DNA of 42,594 bases, taken from assembly GCA_049318845.1 (NCBI GenBank), contig JBMOFH010000003.1, forward strand, positions 1-42,594. The letters run 5' to 3'. The translations under genes and the position numbers were made by a program. The notes under the pieces were generated by a model that was not told where the DNA came from, did no database searches, and worked only from the letters and a program-made list of their open reading frames with translations. The stretch's first letter is position 1; each line of letters starts with the position of its first letter. Of this stretch, positions 1 through 12,342 are shown one piece after another. The stretch is from Blastocatellia bacterium. GTDB taxonomy: Bacteria; Acidobacteriota; Blastocatellia; RBC074.

Positions 1-1196
1 ACATTGGGCAGCCAGTCCTGGAGGTAGGTGTAGCCCGATCCGACGACGCACATCTCCGGGAAACGCTGCTTGAGCAGGCTGGTGACACCAATTTGCCGGG
101 CGACACCGACCAGCGGATCCTCTGGTGGCTGATATCCGTCCGAAGGTGGAAAGAGCGCTGGCCTCTGAATATGTGGATTGTAGTAGGGGCTGCCGGCGGT
201 GATACAGACGAGCCGGATTCCAAGCTCACCGAGCAGTTCAAGGAATTTGAAGGTCTCGGTCAGGTCGATCTTCAATGGCTGCTCGGGATCGTTGCCAAAG
301 CCGTAATCGTAGCGCCCGCTGAAGCTCTCCGGCACTCCGAGCTTATCGTCGCCCATGCGGAATGGGAGCATGTCGAAGGCGCTGAGGCGAACTCCGATCA
401 GCAGTCCCGGGGCGTCACGGCGGACGCCGGCGACCAGTTCGCGCAGGAATCGGGTCCGGTTTTCAAAACTGCCGCCGTATTTTCCACTCCGCGTCATCGC
501 GCTCAGGAATTCGTGGCCGAGATAGCCGTGGCAGTGCTTGAGATCGACAAACGCGTAACCAGCCTGCCGCGCAAGCGCTGCGGTGCGGACAAAGTCTCCG
601 ATCAGATCATCGATCTCTCCGTCGGTCAGGCACTCATCCGTCGCGGCAATTCCGAACTTCGGGTCGAGCAGCGGGTGATGGTAAAGGATTTTCGGTTCGA
701 GCTTTGCCTTTGAATTGGGGCGTGCAAACCGGCCGGAGTGCGTCAGTTGAAGGCCGACGAGGAGATCATGGCTCGAGCCGCCACCAAAGCTCTCTTCGTG
801 TGCATCGACGAGAGTCTGGCGCAACCCTTCGATCTCGCCGAAGGTCGCGTCGTTGAGCAGGAGCTGGTTCGGATTGGCGCGCCCATCGTGGCGAACGGCG
901 ACCGCTTCGCCTCCCCAGATCAGCTTAGCGCCGCTCAGACCGAAATTGCGCCAGCGACGCGAGGTCAGCTCGGTCGGGCGACCGTCCTCCGTGCCATCCC
1001 AGCCCTCCATCGGCAGGATGGAGAAGCGGTTCCCAATCACCTGATCGCCGAGCTGATAGGGCTGCCCGAGCGGTGAGTCCACTCCTGATTGGAGCTCCGC
1101 ATCGAACTGCAAATCGATACCAAGCTCGCTGAGGTAATTGCCGAACTCCTCTGCCTTCTTCAGTGAGGCGACCCGGCGATAGCTGATTTCAGTCAT
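1..1196 (-). CDS. NADH:flavin oxidoreductase / Old Yellow Enzyme family protein (3' end runs off the window)
   Basis: Not in the ORF track; translated by hand from ATG at 1196: [14 protein letters not shown]...[14 protein letters not shown]...[17 protein letters not shown]...[14 protein letters not shown] (OYE HxxHGY motif). The same frame is still coding-like at position 1 (..DWLPN). Confidence 0.85.
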   Translation of the reverse strand, partial: MTEISYRRVASLKKAEEFGNYLSELGIDLQFDAELQSGVDSPLGQPYQLGDQVIGNRFSILPMEGWDGTEDGRPTELTSRRWRNFGLSGAKLIWGGEAVAVRHDGRANPNQLLLNDATFGEIEGLRQTLVDAHEESFGGGSSHDLLVGLQLTHSGRFARPNSKAKLEPKILYHHPLLDPKFGIAATDECLTDGEIDDLIGDFVRTAALARQAGYAFVDLKHCHGYLGHEFLSAMTRSGKYGGSFENRTRFLRELVAGVRRDAPGLLIGVRLSAFDMLPFRMGDDKLGVPESFSGRYDYGFGNDPEQPLKIDLTETFKFLELLGELGIRLVCITAGSPYYNPHIQRPALFPPSDGYQPPEDPLVGVARQIGVTSLLKQRFPEMCVVGSGYTYLQDWLPN

Positions 1197-1279
1197 TTTA
1201 CTCTTCTCTCTTTATACTCTTTGTCCAAAAAGGAGCTAAAATTTGGCCAATGTTGAATTTCAAAAATTGAATTTAATGA

Positions 1280-1651
1280 TCAGGCCGGTCTGATCTCAAT
1301 CGCATTACCATCCGGATCGCGGATGAACAATTGTGGTCGTCCGTCGCGGCCGCTGCCATAACTGATCTCGATCCCCAGTTCACGGAGCGTCCGCTCGGTC
1401 GCCTCGACGTCTTCGACCTTCAGCGCGAGATGACGGTCGTTTCGCGCCGGTTCATGGTGTCCGGGCATCTGTTCGACACAGAGCAGGTGCAGTTGCTGTC
1501 CATTACCAAGGTCGTACCATTTTCCGGTGAAGTCGAAGTTTGGTCGCGGCAGCGACGACAATCCGATCACTTCTTCGTAGAAGCGGGAGGCGCGTTCAAG
1601 ATTGGTGACCAGCACTCCGGCGTGATGAAGTCCCTTGATTGTGATTGGCAT
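1280..1651 (-). CDS. VOC / glyoxalase-bleomycin resistance family protein
   Basis: GLHHAGVLV...FYEEVIGL...HLALKVED...[11 protein letters not shown] motifs typical of the VOC fold. Confidence 0.9.
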   Translation of the reverse strand: MPITIKGLHHAGVLVTNLERASRFYEEVIGLSSLPRPNFDFTGKWYDLGNGQQLHLLCVEQMPGHHEPARNDRHLALKVEDVEATERTLRELGIEISYGSGRDGRPQLFIRDPDGNAIEIRPA

Positions 1652-1666
1652 TGTTCTATATTCTTG

Positions 1667-1710
1667 AGCCTTTCAAGGCTTTTAAGGCTTTTAAGACTTT
1701 TCAGGCCTAT
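1667..1710. repeat. Degenerate ~9-bp tandem repeat (AAGGCTTTT-like, ~4 copies) upstream of the VOC gene
   Basis: gagcctttc aaggctttt aaggctttt aagactttt caggcctat. Confidence 0.6.
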
Positions 1711-1890
1711 TTTCACTGACAGTTGGTGGAATTGAATACTGCGAACCTGCGTTGAAAATATCGTCCGTCCCCCTTCAAAATGGCACTTCAGGGTAGCCCG
1801 ACAGAAGGGTTCGGGCAAGTCTTTTCCGGAGGTTTCGTGACCGGTCGGGGCATCACCTCGCCGCAGTTACCAAAAATCTCGGAGAGACTC

Positions 1891-2922
1891 ATGAGCGAAA
1901 AGATCGGAATCGGGCTGGTCGGATGCGGAATGATCGGAGCTGTTCAGGCAGAGGCTATTCGCCATCTGCCCGATGCGCGGTTGGTTGCCGTCTGCGCGCG
2001 CGACACGGGGCGGGCCGCCGCATTCGCCGCCCGTCATGGCGCCGCCGCCTATACCGATTACGCGAAATTTCTCACCCATCCCGGACTCGACCTGGTCAGT
2101 ATCTGCACCCCCAGCGGCACTCACGCCGAACTGGGCATCGAAGCCGCCGCCGCCGGTCGTCACGTTCTGGTCGAGAAACCGATCGAGATCAGCCTCTCCC
2201 GCGCCGACACGCTGATCGAGGCCTGTGACCAGCACGGCGTCAGACTTGGCGTGATCTTTCAGAGCCGCTTTCTGCCCGCGGTCCAGGCGATCAGGCGTGC
2301 TGTCGTCGAGGGTCGCCTCGGTCGCCTTCTGCTGGTCGATGCGCTGGTCAAATGGTATCGCGAACCCGCCTACTATGCCCCAGGTTCCTGGCACGGAACT
2401 CTTGCCCTCGACGGCGGCGGCGCCCTAATCAACCAGGCGATCCATACCGTCGACCTCCTGCGCTGGATTGCCGGCCCGGTCGAGCGCGCGGCAGCCTTCA
2501 AGGGCGCTCTTCGTTACCCACACCTCGAGGGTGAAGACACGCTCGTCGCCAGTCTCAAATTTGCGAGTGGCGCGCTGGGAATGATCGAAGCGACGACCTC
2601 CGCGAAGCCCGGCTTCAAGCGGCGACTCGAGGTCAGCGGTGAACGCGGTACGGCTATTCTTGAGGGGGATTCGATCGCCACCTGGTCGATCGAAGGCGAG
2701 GAGAATCCGATGCTCGAAACTGAGCAGCTGACCGATGGCTCCGCCAACCCAGCCGCAATCTCTTTCGAAGGCCATCGTCGCCAGATCGAGGAGATGGTCG
2801 CCGCCATCGCCGCCAATCGCACACCACTCATCGATGGACGCGAGGGGCGCAAGTCACTCGAACTTGTCGAGGCACTCTACCGTTCCGCCAACGAGGAACG
2901 AATCATCACAATCGCCGGCTGA
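1891..2922 (+). CDS. Gfo/Idh/MocA family NAD(P)-dependent oxidoreductase
   Basis: GLVGCGMIG Rossmann motif, [18 protein letters not shown]; start placed at ATG 1891 behind GGAGAG. Confidence 0.92.
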   Translation: MSEKIGIGLVGCGMIGAVQAEAIRHLPDARLVAVCARDTGRAAAFAARHGAAAYTDYAKFLTHPGLDLVSICTPSGTHAELGIEAAAAGRHVLVEKPIEISLSRADTLIEACDQHGVRLGVIFQSRFLPAVQAIRRAVVEGRLGRLLLVDALVKWYREPAYYAPGSWHGTLALDGGGALINQAIHTVDLLRWIAGPVERAAAFKGALRYPHLEGEDTLVASLKFASGALGMIEATTSAKPGFKRRLEVSGERGTAILEGDSIATWSIEGEENPMLETEQLTDGSANPAAISFEGHRRQIEEMVAAIAANRTPLIDGREGRKSLELVEALYRSANEERIITIAG

Positions 2923-2934
2923 GTATGGTTTGGG

Positions 2935-5250
2935 CTATTTGACACGGATTCTGACCGTGTTCGCCGCCTGTCCGCTGACCGTCACCACGACATCGATATC
3001 CCCACGCCCGATCATGCTGCGCGGAATCTGGAGGTTGATCTGGTCGAGCCCGATCAGCGTCGGATGTGCGCCACTGAACAGCACCGGAACCGCGCTTCCA
3101 CCAAGCGTTGCCGTGGTCGCCGTCCCATTGCGCCAACCGGTTCCGAACAGGATCAGGTAGACCTCCTCACCCTCCGGCCCAAGGTCGATCGAGGCCGGTA
3201 CCAGCCGGCTCGTCGCCGCGTCGAAGGTGACGACCTCCTCATACGCAAAAGTCTTGTCCCGGCGGAGTCGGAAGGCAAAGGCCGCGGCGACGCCAGTTCC
3301 GCTTGAATCTGCCGTGAAGATGCCCGGGGCAACCGCGGCGATCGTCACCTCGCCCAGTGCGCGGATGCTCCCATTCGTCAGGGTGATCGTCGCACGCCCT
3401 GCCGCCGTATTCCTTGGAATCTGGAAATTGATCTGCCCCGGCGAGACAAAGAAGAGCGGAGTCGCGCGGCTCACTCCTGCGCTGTCCGTCACTGTTATTA
3501 ATGATCCAAGCAGGGCCACTGGCAGCGGAGTCCCCGCCGCACTCAGCGTCCCCGATGACAGATCCGCCCCGAAACCGGTAACGATCGATTCCGGCGCCAT
3601 CGGGCTGCGATAACTCGCCGATGAGACCGTCGTCAGCAGGCGATCCGGCGCCTGTGGCAGCCACGCACCCGCCGGGCCCGCAGCCGTTCGCGCTCTGTTC
3701 TGCCGATCCCGCCTGATCAGGTTGTCCGGATCGCCCGCTGCTACTGCTGGCGTCGTCGGTGCATCAACCCAACTGAAATTGCCTGGAGTGAAGCTGGTCA
3801 CACCGCTGATATTGCCCGGTGTCGTCGGGCGAAAGTTTCCGTTACCCGGGTTGACCAACTCCGGTCGCACCGTGTTGATTGCGTTGTCCGCTCGCAACTG
3901 CAACTCGTTGCAGGTTGGATTGCCCGACCCGCAACCGGTCGAATCTCCCAGTCCGAGTGAATGATCCGTCGGCCCATTCCAGATGATGTTGCCGCGAATC
4001 TGCAGATTGACATCCGATCGCGCTGGCGATGTCACATTGCTCCCACTCGGCGCATCCACCGGCCCCCGAATCTCGAAGTGCTGCCACTGGCTTTGATAAC
4101 CAGTTGGATTGTAGACGATGTTGTCATAGATATAGACATTCCGGTTTGGAATGTACTGTCCGTCGACATTTGCCCCACCCCAGCCACCGAGTGCCCGATT
4201 CGCCTGGCACCGAGCCGTGTCCCCGTCACAGCTTCGACTCCCCGGAACCACCTCGATCAGATGGCTCCGCCGTCCAACACGGTAGAGTGTGTTGTACGCC
4301 ATCAGAATATTGAACCCACCGTTTACCCCGAGGCCTGCCCCCTCCGTATCGTGAATGATATTGTTCGTGACCTTGATGTCGTATGCTTCGTAATGGAGCC
4401 ACGGCGGAGTCATGAATTCGAAACCGGTTCCCTGACCACAGGTGAAGCCACCCGTCGAGGCATCGTAAAATTCGTTTGCCTCGATTCGCAGATAGGCCGA
4501 CCCGCCCTTCACGTACATTGCCCAGTCGTTGCTGTTGTGTATCCGGTTGCCGACGACGTGCCCGTACTGCACTGCGACATAGTCGACTGCATTGTCGTCG
4601 GCACCGTGGATGTCACTGTCTTCAAGGTAGATGTACTGCGACTGGTTTATCTTCAGTGTCTCGTGCGCGACCGGCGTGCTCTGCCCTTCACCGGTCCAGA
4701 TTCCGCCATCGAGCTCGAGCCCGTTCATCAGCACGTGGTCGCACTTTTCGAAGTGTAGCGTATCCCCGGCCGGGACCGGGCGGATCGTCAGATCGATCAG
4801 GTAGATGTACCGGCAGTCGAAGATGTTCAGATCCCCCTGCAGCACTGCCTTGCCCTGTCCGTCGATGCTTTGAATAACGACCGGGAACGCGGCCGTGCCA
4901 TACCGCCGCTCGAGGTAGTTTGGCAGGCTCGATTCAGGATAATTGCCCGCCGTCAGCAGCATCCGGTAACCGGTTCCGGTAAAAGTCGCTCCCGTCGGGA
5001 TCCGGTTCCACGCCGCCCCCACGGTTCGCAACGCCTGATTACGCGCCGTTCCATTATTGCCGTCCGACCCATTGACCGGGTCAACCCAGATGTCCCTGAC
5101 GGTAATCGACCCGATATCATAGTGGCGCTGGTCGACCGCCGACTCGCCACTCCACGGAAAACAGATCAATAAACAGGCAATCACTGGCAGCGCGAACCGG
5201 ACGTATCTATTTCTTTCTGTTCCACTGGTCATTTCTGCTCCATTGGTCAT
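2935..5250 (-). CDS. Secreted right-handed parallel beta-helix protein with C-terminal Solibacter-type (TIGR03437-like) Ig-like domain
   Basis: Signal-peptide-like segment; WVDPVNGSDGNNG cap; Asn/Gly/Ile-rich beta-helix repeats; C-terminal 'VSSASY..APESIVTGFG..PLFFVSPGQINFQIP..APGIFT..YLILFGTG..GLDQIN' pattern. The start may be 5232. Confidence 0.75.
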   Translation of the reverse strand: MTNGAEMTSGTERNRYVRFALPVIACLLICFPWSGESAVDQRHYDIGSITVRDIWVDPVNGSDGNNGTARNQALRTVGAAWNRIPTGATFTGTGYRMLLTAGNYPESSLPNYLERRYGTAAFPVVIQSIDGQGKAVLQGDLNIFDCRYIYLIDLTIRPVPAGDTLHFEKCDHVLMNGLELDGGIWTGEGQSTPVAHETLKINQSQYIYLEDSDIHGADDNAVDYVAVQYGHVVGNRIHNSNDWAMYVKGGSAYLRIEANEFYDASTGGFTCGQGTGFEFMTPPWLHYEAYDIKVTNNIIHDTEGAGLGVNGGFNILMAYNTLYRVGRRSHLIEVVPGSRSCDGDTARCQANRALGGWGGANVDGQYIPNRNVYIYDNIVYNPTGYQSQWQHFEIRGPVDAPSGSNVTSPARSDVNLQIRGNIIWNGPTDHSLGLGDSTGCGSGNPTCNELQLRADNAINTVRPELVNPGNGNFRPTTPGNISGVTSFTPGNFSWVDAPTTPAVAAGDPDNLIRRDRQNRARTAAGPAGAWLPQAPDRLLTTVSSASYRSPMAPESIVTGFGADLSSGTLSAAGTPLPVALLGSLITVTDSAGVSRATPLFFVSPGQINFQIPRNTAAGRATITLTNGSIRALGEVTIAAVAPGIFTADSSGTGVAAAFAFRLRRDKTFAYEEVVTFDAATSRLVPASIDLGPEGEEVYLILFGTGWRNGTATTATLGGSAVPVLFSGAHPTLIGLDQINLQIPRSMIGRGDIDVVVTVSGQAANTVRIRVK

Positions 5251-5293
5251 TTAAGAACCACGGGTAAGCACCACGGGCCATTTCTGCTCCACG
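5211..5293 (-). repeat. Degenerate 18-bp tandem repeat across the start of the beta-helix gene
   Basis: Minus strand ATGACCAATGGAGCAGAA ATGACCAGTGGAACAGAA (5250-5215), plus weaker upstream copies (CGTGGAGCAGAAATGGCC, CGTGGTTCTTAAATGACC). Confidence 0.65.
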
Positions 5294-5378
5294 AGGTGCA
5301 GCCCTCCGCAGGCGTTGATGATCGGGGGCCATTCGCTGAATTCTGGCTGGCGCTGAATTCTGGACGGCACTTGCTGAA

Positions 5379-7502
5379 TCAGAGGATTTCAGGACCTTCA
5401 CGTCCCGAATTTTGCAAAAGATAGCTCTGCACATCGAGGGGGCTTTCATCCGAATTGCGCCGCCGGATATAGGTTCCGTCCGGCTGGAGCCAGCGCATCC
5501 GCGTATTGTCCGTGAGCGAAAGATCGATAACTTCCCGGATGACACGCTCGCGGAGTCTGGGGGATTCGATCGGAAAGAGAACCTCGACGCGCCGATCGAG
5601 ATTCCGATTCATCAGGTCGGCACTGCCGGCATAGACTTCGTCCGCGCCGCCATTGATGAAATGATAGACTCGTGAATGTTCGAGAAATCGCCCGACAATG
5701 CTTCCGACTCGAATGGTTTCGCTCTTTCCGGGGATCCCCGGTCGCAGACAGCATATGCCGCGGACGACCAGATCGATCGGTACTCCGGCCGCAGAGGCGC
5801 GATACATCTCTTCTGCCAGGCCGACGTCGGTCAGACTATTGAATTTGGCTCTGATCCCTGACGGCCTGCCTGCCTCACGATGGAGGATCTCGCGGCGAAT
5901 CATCTCGACTATCGATTTCCGCAGGCTGACCGGTGCCACCAGCAGCTTGCGATAACGGTTCTGCTGCGAATATCCCGTCAGATAGTTGAAGAGATCCGAG
6001 GCATCCTTGCCGATATCCGGATCGGCGGTCAAAAGTCCGACGTCGGTGTAGATCCGTGAAGTGACCGGATTGTAATTGCCCGTTCCAAGGTGAACATAAC
6101 GGCGCAGCGCGTTCTTCTCCTGCCGCACTACGAGCGCAATCTTGGCGTGTGTCTTCAGGCCGACCAGCCCATAAACGATATGAACCCCGGCCTTCTCCAG
6201 TCGCCGCGCCCACTGGATGTTGTTCTCCTCGTCGAAACGGGCCTTCAGTTCGACCAGTACCGCGACCTGCTTGCCGTTCTCCGCCGCCTCGATCAGCGCC
6301 TCGACGATCGGAGAGTCCTTTCCGACACGATAGAGGGTCTGCTTGATCGCGAGCACGTTCGGGTCACGCGCCGCGCTCCGCACAAATTCGACCACCGGCA
6401 TGAACGATTCATACGGATGATGGAGCAGGATATCCTGCTGCCGGATCGCGTCGAAGATCCCTTCTGACCGCTGCAAGAGCGCCGGGGTGAACGGGGTGAA
6501 CGGCGGATCCTTCAGCTCCGGAAAGTCCAGCCTGGTCAGCGCTATCAGATCGGGGATGTTGAGCAGCCCGTCGATCGTGTAGACATCCGATTCTCCAATC
6601 TCCATCGAGTGGCAGAGAATCCTGACCATCTGCGGACTCATCCCTGCGGCAACTTCGAGCCGAACATAAAAGCCGAACCGTCGTTGCCGCAACTGTCGCT
6701 CGAGCGTCTTCAACAGGTCGCCGGCCTCGTCCTCCTCGATCTCGATGTCGGCGTCGCGCGTGATCCGGAAGGGCTGACACTCGAGAATTCGCATTCCGGA
6801 AAAGAGCGATTCGATGTGGGCGGCAATCAACTCTTCGAGCAGTATGAATCCATATCCCTCACCCTCGACCGGAATGAGGCGCGGAACATTCGGCGGCAGC
6901 TTCAGCCGCGCAAAGCGAGGCTCCTCGCCATCACTCGGCTTTTCCGGAATCACGAGGATTCCAAGATTGAGGCTGACATTCGAGATGTACGGAAATGGGT
7001 GGCCTGGATCGACCGAAAGCGGAGTCAGGACCGGGAAGATTCTTTCGTAGAAGAGTTCGTGGAGCGCGTCGCGCTGCCGGCTCGAGAGTTCGCAGTAGGG
7101 GATGATCCTGATGCCACGCTCGGCGAGCCCGGGCAGGATCTGCTTTCGCAGGCAGAGCATCTGAACTTCGATCAGATTCCTTAACCGCTCCGAGATCATC
7201 CGGATTTGCGTTGCCGGCGTCAGTCCGTCCGGTGAGAGGAGCAGCGGGTTGGCCTCAAGCTGCTCCTGCAGACCCGAGACCCGCACCATAAAGAATTCAT
7301 CGAGGTTGGTCGAAAAGATCGCCAGAAATTTCAGCCGTTCCAGCAGCGGCTGCGACGGGTCGAGCGCCTCGTCCAGCACGCGGCAGTTGAACTCGATCCA
7401 ACTCAACTCACGGTTGAAATAGGGATTCTCGGCCAGCACCGCGCTCCCACGCCTCTCCGTGACTGGTGACGTCGCTGTCTGGATTGCTTCCATAAATTCC
7501 AT
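5379..7502 (-). CDS. ppk1: Polyphosphate kinase 1
   Basis: [46 protein letters not shown] (phospho-His), GRFLEHSR. Confidence 0.98.
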   Translation of the reverse strand: MEFMEAIQTATSPVTERRGSAVLAENPYFNRELSWIEFNCRVLDEALDPSQPLLERLKFLAIFSTNLDEFFMVRVSGLQEQLEANPLLLSPDGLTPATQIRMISERLRNLIEVQMLCLRKQILPGLAERGIRIIPYCELSSRQRDALHELFYERIFPVLTPLSVDPGHPFPYISNVSLNLGILVIPEKPSDGEEPRFARLKLPPNVPRLIPVEGEGYGFILLEELIAAHIESLFSGMRILECQPFRITRDADIEIEEDEAGDLLKTLERQLRQRRFGFYVRLEVAAGMSPQMVRILCHSMEIGESDVYTIDGLLNIPDLIALTRLDFPELKDPPFTPFTPALLQRSEGIFDAIRQQDILLHHPYESFMPVVEFVRSAARDPNVLAIKQTLYRVGKDSPIVEALIEAAENGKQVAVLVELKARFDEENNIQWARRLEKAGVHIVYGLVGLKTHAKIALVVRQEKNALRRYVHLGTGNYNPVTSRIYTDVGLLTADPDIGKDASDLFNYLTGYSQQNRYRKLLVAPVSLRKSIVEMIRREILHREAGRPSGIRAKFNSLTDVGLAEEMYRASAAGVPIDLVVRGICCLRPGIPGKSETIRVGSIVGRFLEHSRVYHFINGGADEVYAGSADLMNRNLDRRVEVLFPIESPRLRERVIREVIDLSLTDNTRMRWLQPDGTYIRRRNSDESPLDVQSYLLQNSGREGPEIL

Positions 7503-7544
7503 TACCTTTTCTGCCGGCTGTTTGTCGTATAATACGGAAAGATC

Positions 7545-7574
7545 ATTCTATTTTATCCGCAGCACAAAGGTCAA
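7545..7574 (-). promoter_or_regulatory. Putative sigma70 promoter of ppk1
   Basis: Minus strand TTGACC-18 bp-TAGAAT. Confidence 0.4.
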
Positions 7575-7691
7575 TTTCAGACTCCGTCCCGCCTGAAAAG
7601 GACTTTTATCGCCACACTTTGGTCGTTCGCCGACCCTGGACCGCGCCAAGTTGCAACTTCAACTTGCGCCGGATACCTGCTCTTACTCATA

Positions 7692-8288
7692 ATGTCAGAC
7701 ATGACTGACGAGCGAAATATCAACCTGGACAAGATAGCCGCGGGTGTCCGCCTGATTCTGGAGGGAATCGGCGAGGACCTCGACCGACCCGGAATCGTCG
7801 AGACGCCAATGCGCGTCGCGGAGATGTATGAAGAGATCTGCGGTGGCCTCTATGAAGATGTTGCCGCCGAGATGAAGGTCATACCCGCTGAGACGCACGA
7901 AGAGATCGTTATGGTTCGCGATATCCCTGTCTATTCGATCTGCGAACATCATCTCATTCCGTTTACGGGCGTGGCCCACATCGCCTATATCCCCGCCGAA
8001 GGGCGCATCATCGGTCTCTCCAAACTGGCGCGAATTGCCGATATCTTCGCCCGCCGCCCCCAGGTTCAGGAGAGACTGACCGCCCAGATCGCCGACACTC
8101 TCGACTCCAGCGAATTGCGACCGAAGGGGGTTATGGTTGTCATCGAAGCCGTTCATCTCTGCATGGTTATGCGCGGGGTCAAAAAGCACGGCGCGACCAC
8201 CATCACCTCCTCAGTTCGTGGCGTTTTCAGGAGTGATGAGCGGACACGTGGCGAGGCCATGTCACTGCTAGCCGAAAATCGCCGCTGA
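7692..8288 (+). CDS. folE: GTP cyclohydrolase I
   Basis: [40 protein letters not shown]. Confidence 0.97.
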   Translation: MSDMTDERNINLDKIAAGVRLILEGIGEDLDRPGIVETPMRVAEMYEEICGGLYEDVAAEMKVIPAETHEEIVMVRDIPVYSICEHHLIPFTGVAHIAYIPAEGRIIGLSKLARIADIFARRPQVQERLTAQIADTLDSSELRPKGVMVVIEAVHLCMVMRGVKKHGATTITSSVRGVFRSDERTRGEAMSLLAENRR

Positions 8289-8331
8289 ACATAAGACCGA
8301 TGCTGGGGAGACCCATGCAGAGGGGAGACCG

Positions 8332-9057
8332 ATGCAGGAAAGACTACAGAAGATCATCGCCGCCGCCGGAATCGCCTCGCGCCGCAAAGCCGAAGAGCTG
8401 ATCGCCGCCGGTGTCGTCACTGTCAACGGTCATACCGTCACTGAGCTCGGCACGAAGGCCGATCCTGATACCGATCATATCAAGGTTCAGGGAAAGCTGA
8501 TCAATCCAAAACTGCAACGTCAGGAGAAGATCTATCTGCTGCTTTACAAGCCGCTCGGCTTTCTGACCAGCCGTTCTGATCCGCAGAACCGACCACTGGC
8601 GATCGATCTTGTCGGCGCCTATGCTCGCCGTGTCCATCCGGTCGGCCGGCTCGATTTCAATTCCGAGGGGCTTCTCCTCCTGACGAGCGATGGCGATTTT
8701 ACACAGGCCATTGCTCACGCCTCAAAGAAGGTGCCAAAGGTTTATCACGTTAAAATTAAGGGGAAACCGGGAGGCCAGCAACTGCTCCAGCTTGCGCGCG
8801 GCGTTATTTTGGATGGAGTCCGAACTGCCCCGGCGAAGATTGAACTGATCGAGCACAGCACCACAAACTCCTGGTATGCAGTGACCCTCTTCGAGGGACG
8901 CAATCAGCAGATTCGCAAGATGTTCGACTCGATCGGCCATTCTGTTCTAAAATTGCGTCGCGTCGCGATCGGGTTCCTCCGCAATGAATCACTCAAACCG
9001 GGCGAGTTTCGCCTTCTCACTGAAGCCGAAGTTAAACGATTCATGAAGACCGGCTGA
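8332..9057 (+). CDS. rluB: 23S rRNA pseudouridine synthase (RsuA/RluB family) with N-terminal S4 domain
   Basis: ERLQKIIAAAGIASRRKAEELI S4 domain; VGRLD catalytic motif; EGRNQQIRKM. Confidence 0.88.
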   Translation: MQERLQKIIAAAGIASRRKAEELIAAGVVTVNGHTVTELGTKADPDTDHIKVQGKLINPKLQRQEKIYLLLYKPLGFLTSRSDPQNRPLAIDLVGAYARRVHPVGRLDFNSEGLLLLTSDGDFTQAIAHASKKVPKVYHVKIKGKPGGQQLLQLARGVILDGVRTAPAKIELIEHSTTNSWYAVTLFEGRNQQIRKMFDSIGHSVLKLRRVAIGFLRNESLKPGEFRLLTEAEVKRFMKTG

Positions 9058-9171
9058 CCCGCTGCGCCCAGGTTGAAATTGTTTGGGATTAGCGGTTTTG
9101 AAATCAGTCCGGAAATCAGTCCTGGAATCATAGGTTACAACTGCTGCTCCGTAATTAAAGGGGAAAAGTCA

Positions 9172-10029
9172 ATGGAGATCGTCTTAGCAGAGAGTCTGGG
9201 GTTTTGTATGGGGGTCAAACGGGTAGTCGATATGGCCTACCGTGCGATCGAAAAATCTCCTGACCAGCCGATCGTCACGCTCGGTCCATTAATTCACAAC
9301 CGGCAGGAGATCGACCGCCTCGAGAAGGACGGCATTATGGTTGCCGATGTCGACACGCTTCCGGAGAGCGGCACGGTAATCATTCGAGCCCATGGCGTGG
9401 CGCCGAGTGCTTACCGCGAACTCAAGGCCCGTGGGCTAAAAATTATGGACGGAACCTGCCCCTACGTTCATTATTCGCAACGCAAGGCGATGGAGCTCCG
9501 CGAAGACGGTTATACCGTCGTCATCATCGGAGATCGAAACCATCCCGAGATCCAGGGCATCCTCGGCTATATCGACAATCAGGCATACGTCGTCAAGTCG
9601 GTCGACGAAGCCCGTACGCTCGACTTTATCGACCGGATCGGAACCGTTGCCCAGACGACGATCAGCCCCCGCAAGCACGCCGCGATCATCGAGGCGCTTC
9701 GCGGGCGTGCCCGCGAAGTCCGCGTCTGCGAGACGATCTGCGATGCGACAGAGGAGAACCAGAAAGCTGTTCGCGCGCTCTCTGCCGAGGTCGATATGCT
9801 CTATGTGATCGGCGGTCGTCACAGTGCCAATAGCAACAAGCTGGTCGAATCGGCTCGTGAAAAATGTCCGCGCGCACTGCTCATCGAAACTGCCGACGAG
9901 ATCGACCCACTCGATCTTCAGGGTGTTGGCCGTGTCGGGATCAGCGCCGGCGCCTCCACTCCCGATTGGATGATTCAGCAGGTCGTCAATCATATTAAGC
10001 AGATTGCGACAGATTCAGACCAATTGTGA
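9172..10029 (+). CDS. ispH: 4-hydroxy-3-methylbut-2-enyl diphosphate reductase
   Basis: Three Fe-S cysteines (GFCMGV, DGTCPYV, TICDAT), LIHN, AHG, HPEI, SANS, SAGASTP; start at ATG 9172 behind AGGGG. Confidence 0.96.
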   Translation: MEIVLAESLGFCMGVKRVVDMAYRAIEKSPDQPIVTLGPLIHNRQEIDRLEKDGIMVADVDTLPESGTVIIRAHGVAPSAYRELKARGLKIMDGTCPYVHYSQRKAMELREDGYTVVIIGDRNHPEIQGILGYIDNQAYVVKSVDEARTLDFIDRIGTVAQTTISPRKHAAIIEALRGRAREVRVCETICDATEENQKAVRALSAEVDMLYVIGGRHSANSNKLVESAREKCPRALLIETADEIDPLDLQGVGRVGISAGASTPDWMIQQVVNHIKQIATDSDQL

Positions 10030-10179
10030 CCAATTGTAAATAACGTCGAATCTGCATAGCCGGTGGGCGCTGCGCTGGTCACGCTGATTCCGGGCCGATT
10101 CCGGGACCAAATTCGAGTCGGAGGCAGGATTGGAGTTTGCACGGACTTTAGTATTTACGGCAGTTTGCTGAAGTCCCGT

Positions 10180-10207
10180 TTGCAAATTGTCGGGCAAGGA
10201 GTATTAT
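10180..10207 (+). promoter_or_regulatory. Putative sigma70 promoter of rpsA
   Basis: TTGCAA-16 bp-TATTAT about 110 nt upstream of the start codon. Confidence 0.45.
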
Positions 10208-10318
10208 GTCTATTCGTATATTCAGGCAGAGGGGGGAGGCCGTCAGCAAGTCTCCCTGTTCGCCTTCCGAGGCGCGTGTGCGACTCGGGTAGTTCTCCCA
10301 GGAGGAAGTCCATTTTCA

Positions 10319-12223
<1,905 letters not shown>

Positions 12224-12245
12224 TCGATAAGTCCTGAATCAACTT

Positions 12246-12297
12246 GAAAAGTCTGGGAAGGCCCGATCCGTGAGGATCGGGCTCACCCGGGCTTTTC
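12246..12297 (+). terminator. Compound hairpin / likely intrinsic terminator or processing stem after rpsA
   Basis: GAAAAGTCTGGG-aag-GCCCGATCC-gtga-GGATCGGGC-tca-CCCGGGCTTTTC. Confidence 0.65.
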
Positions 12298-12342
12298 GTG
12301 GCTTTCCGTCATCTTTTACTGACCGGTTGTCGCGGATCAATT

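Noticed and set aside
93-1076. Plus-strand ORFs 93..713 and 738..1076
   Set aside because: Antisense shadows of the minus-strand flavin oxidoreductase, which has clear family motifs.
9073-9171. Extended N-termini in the ORF track (ispH 9073, rpsA 10187, Gfo 1780, DUF47 28449, slt 23547, mutase 35714)
   Set aside because: The extensions lack family similarity, and downstream starts have SD sequences and match the expected N-termini.
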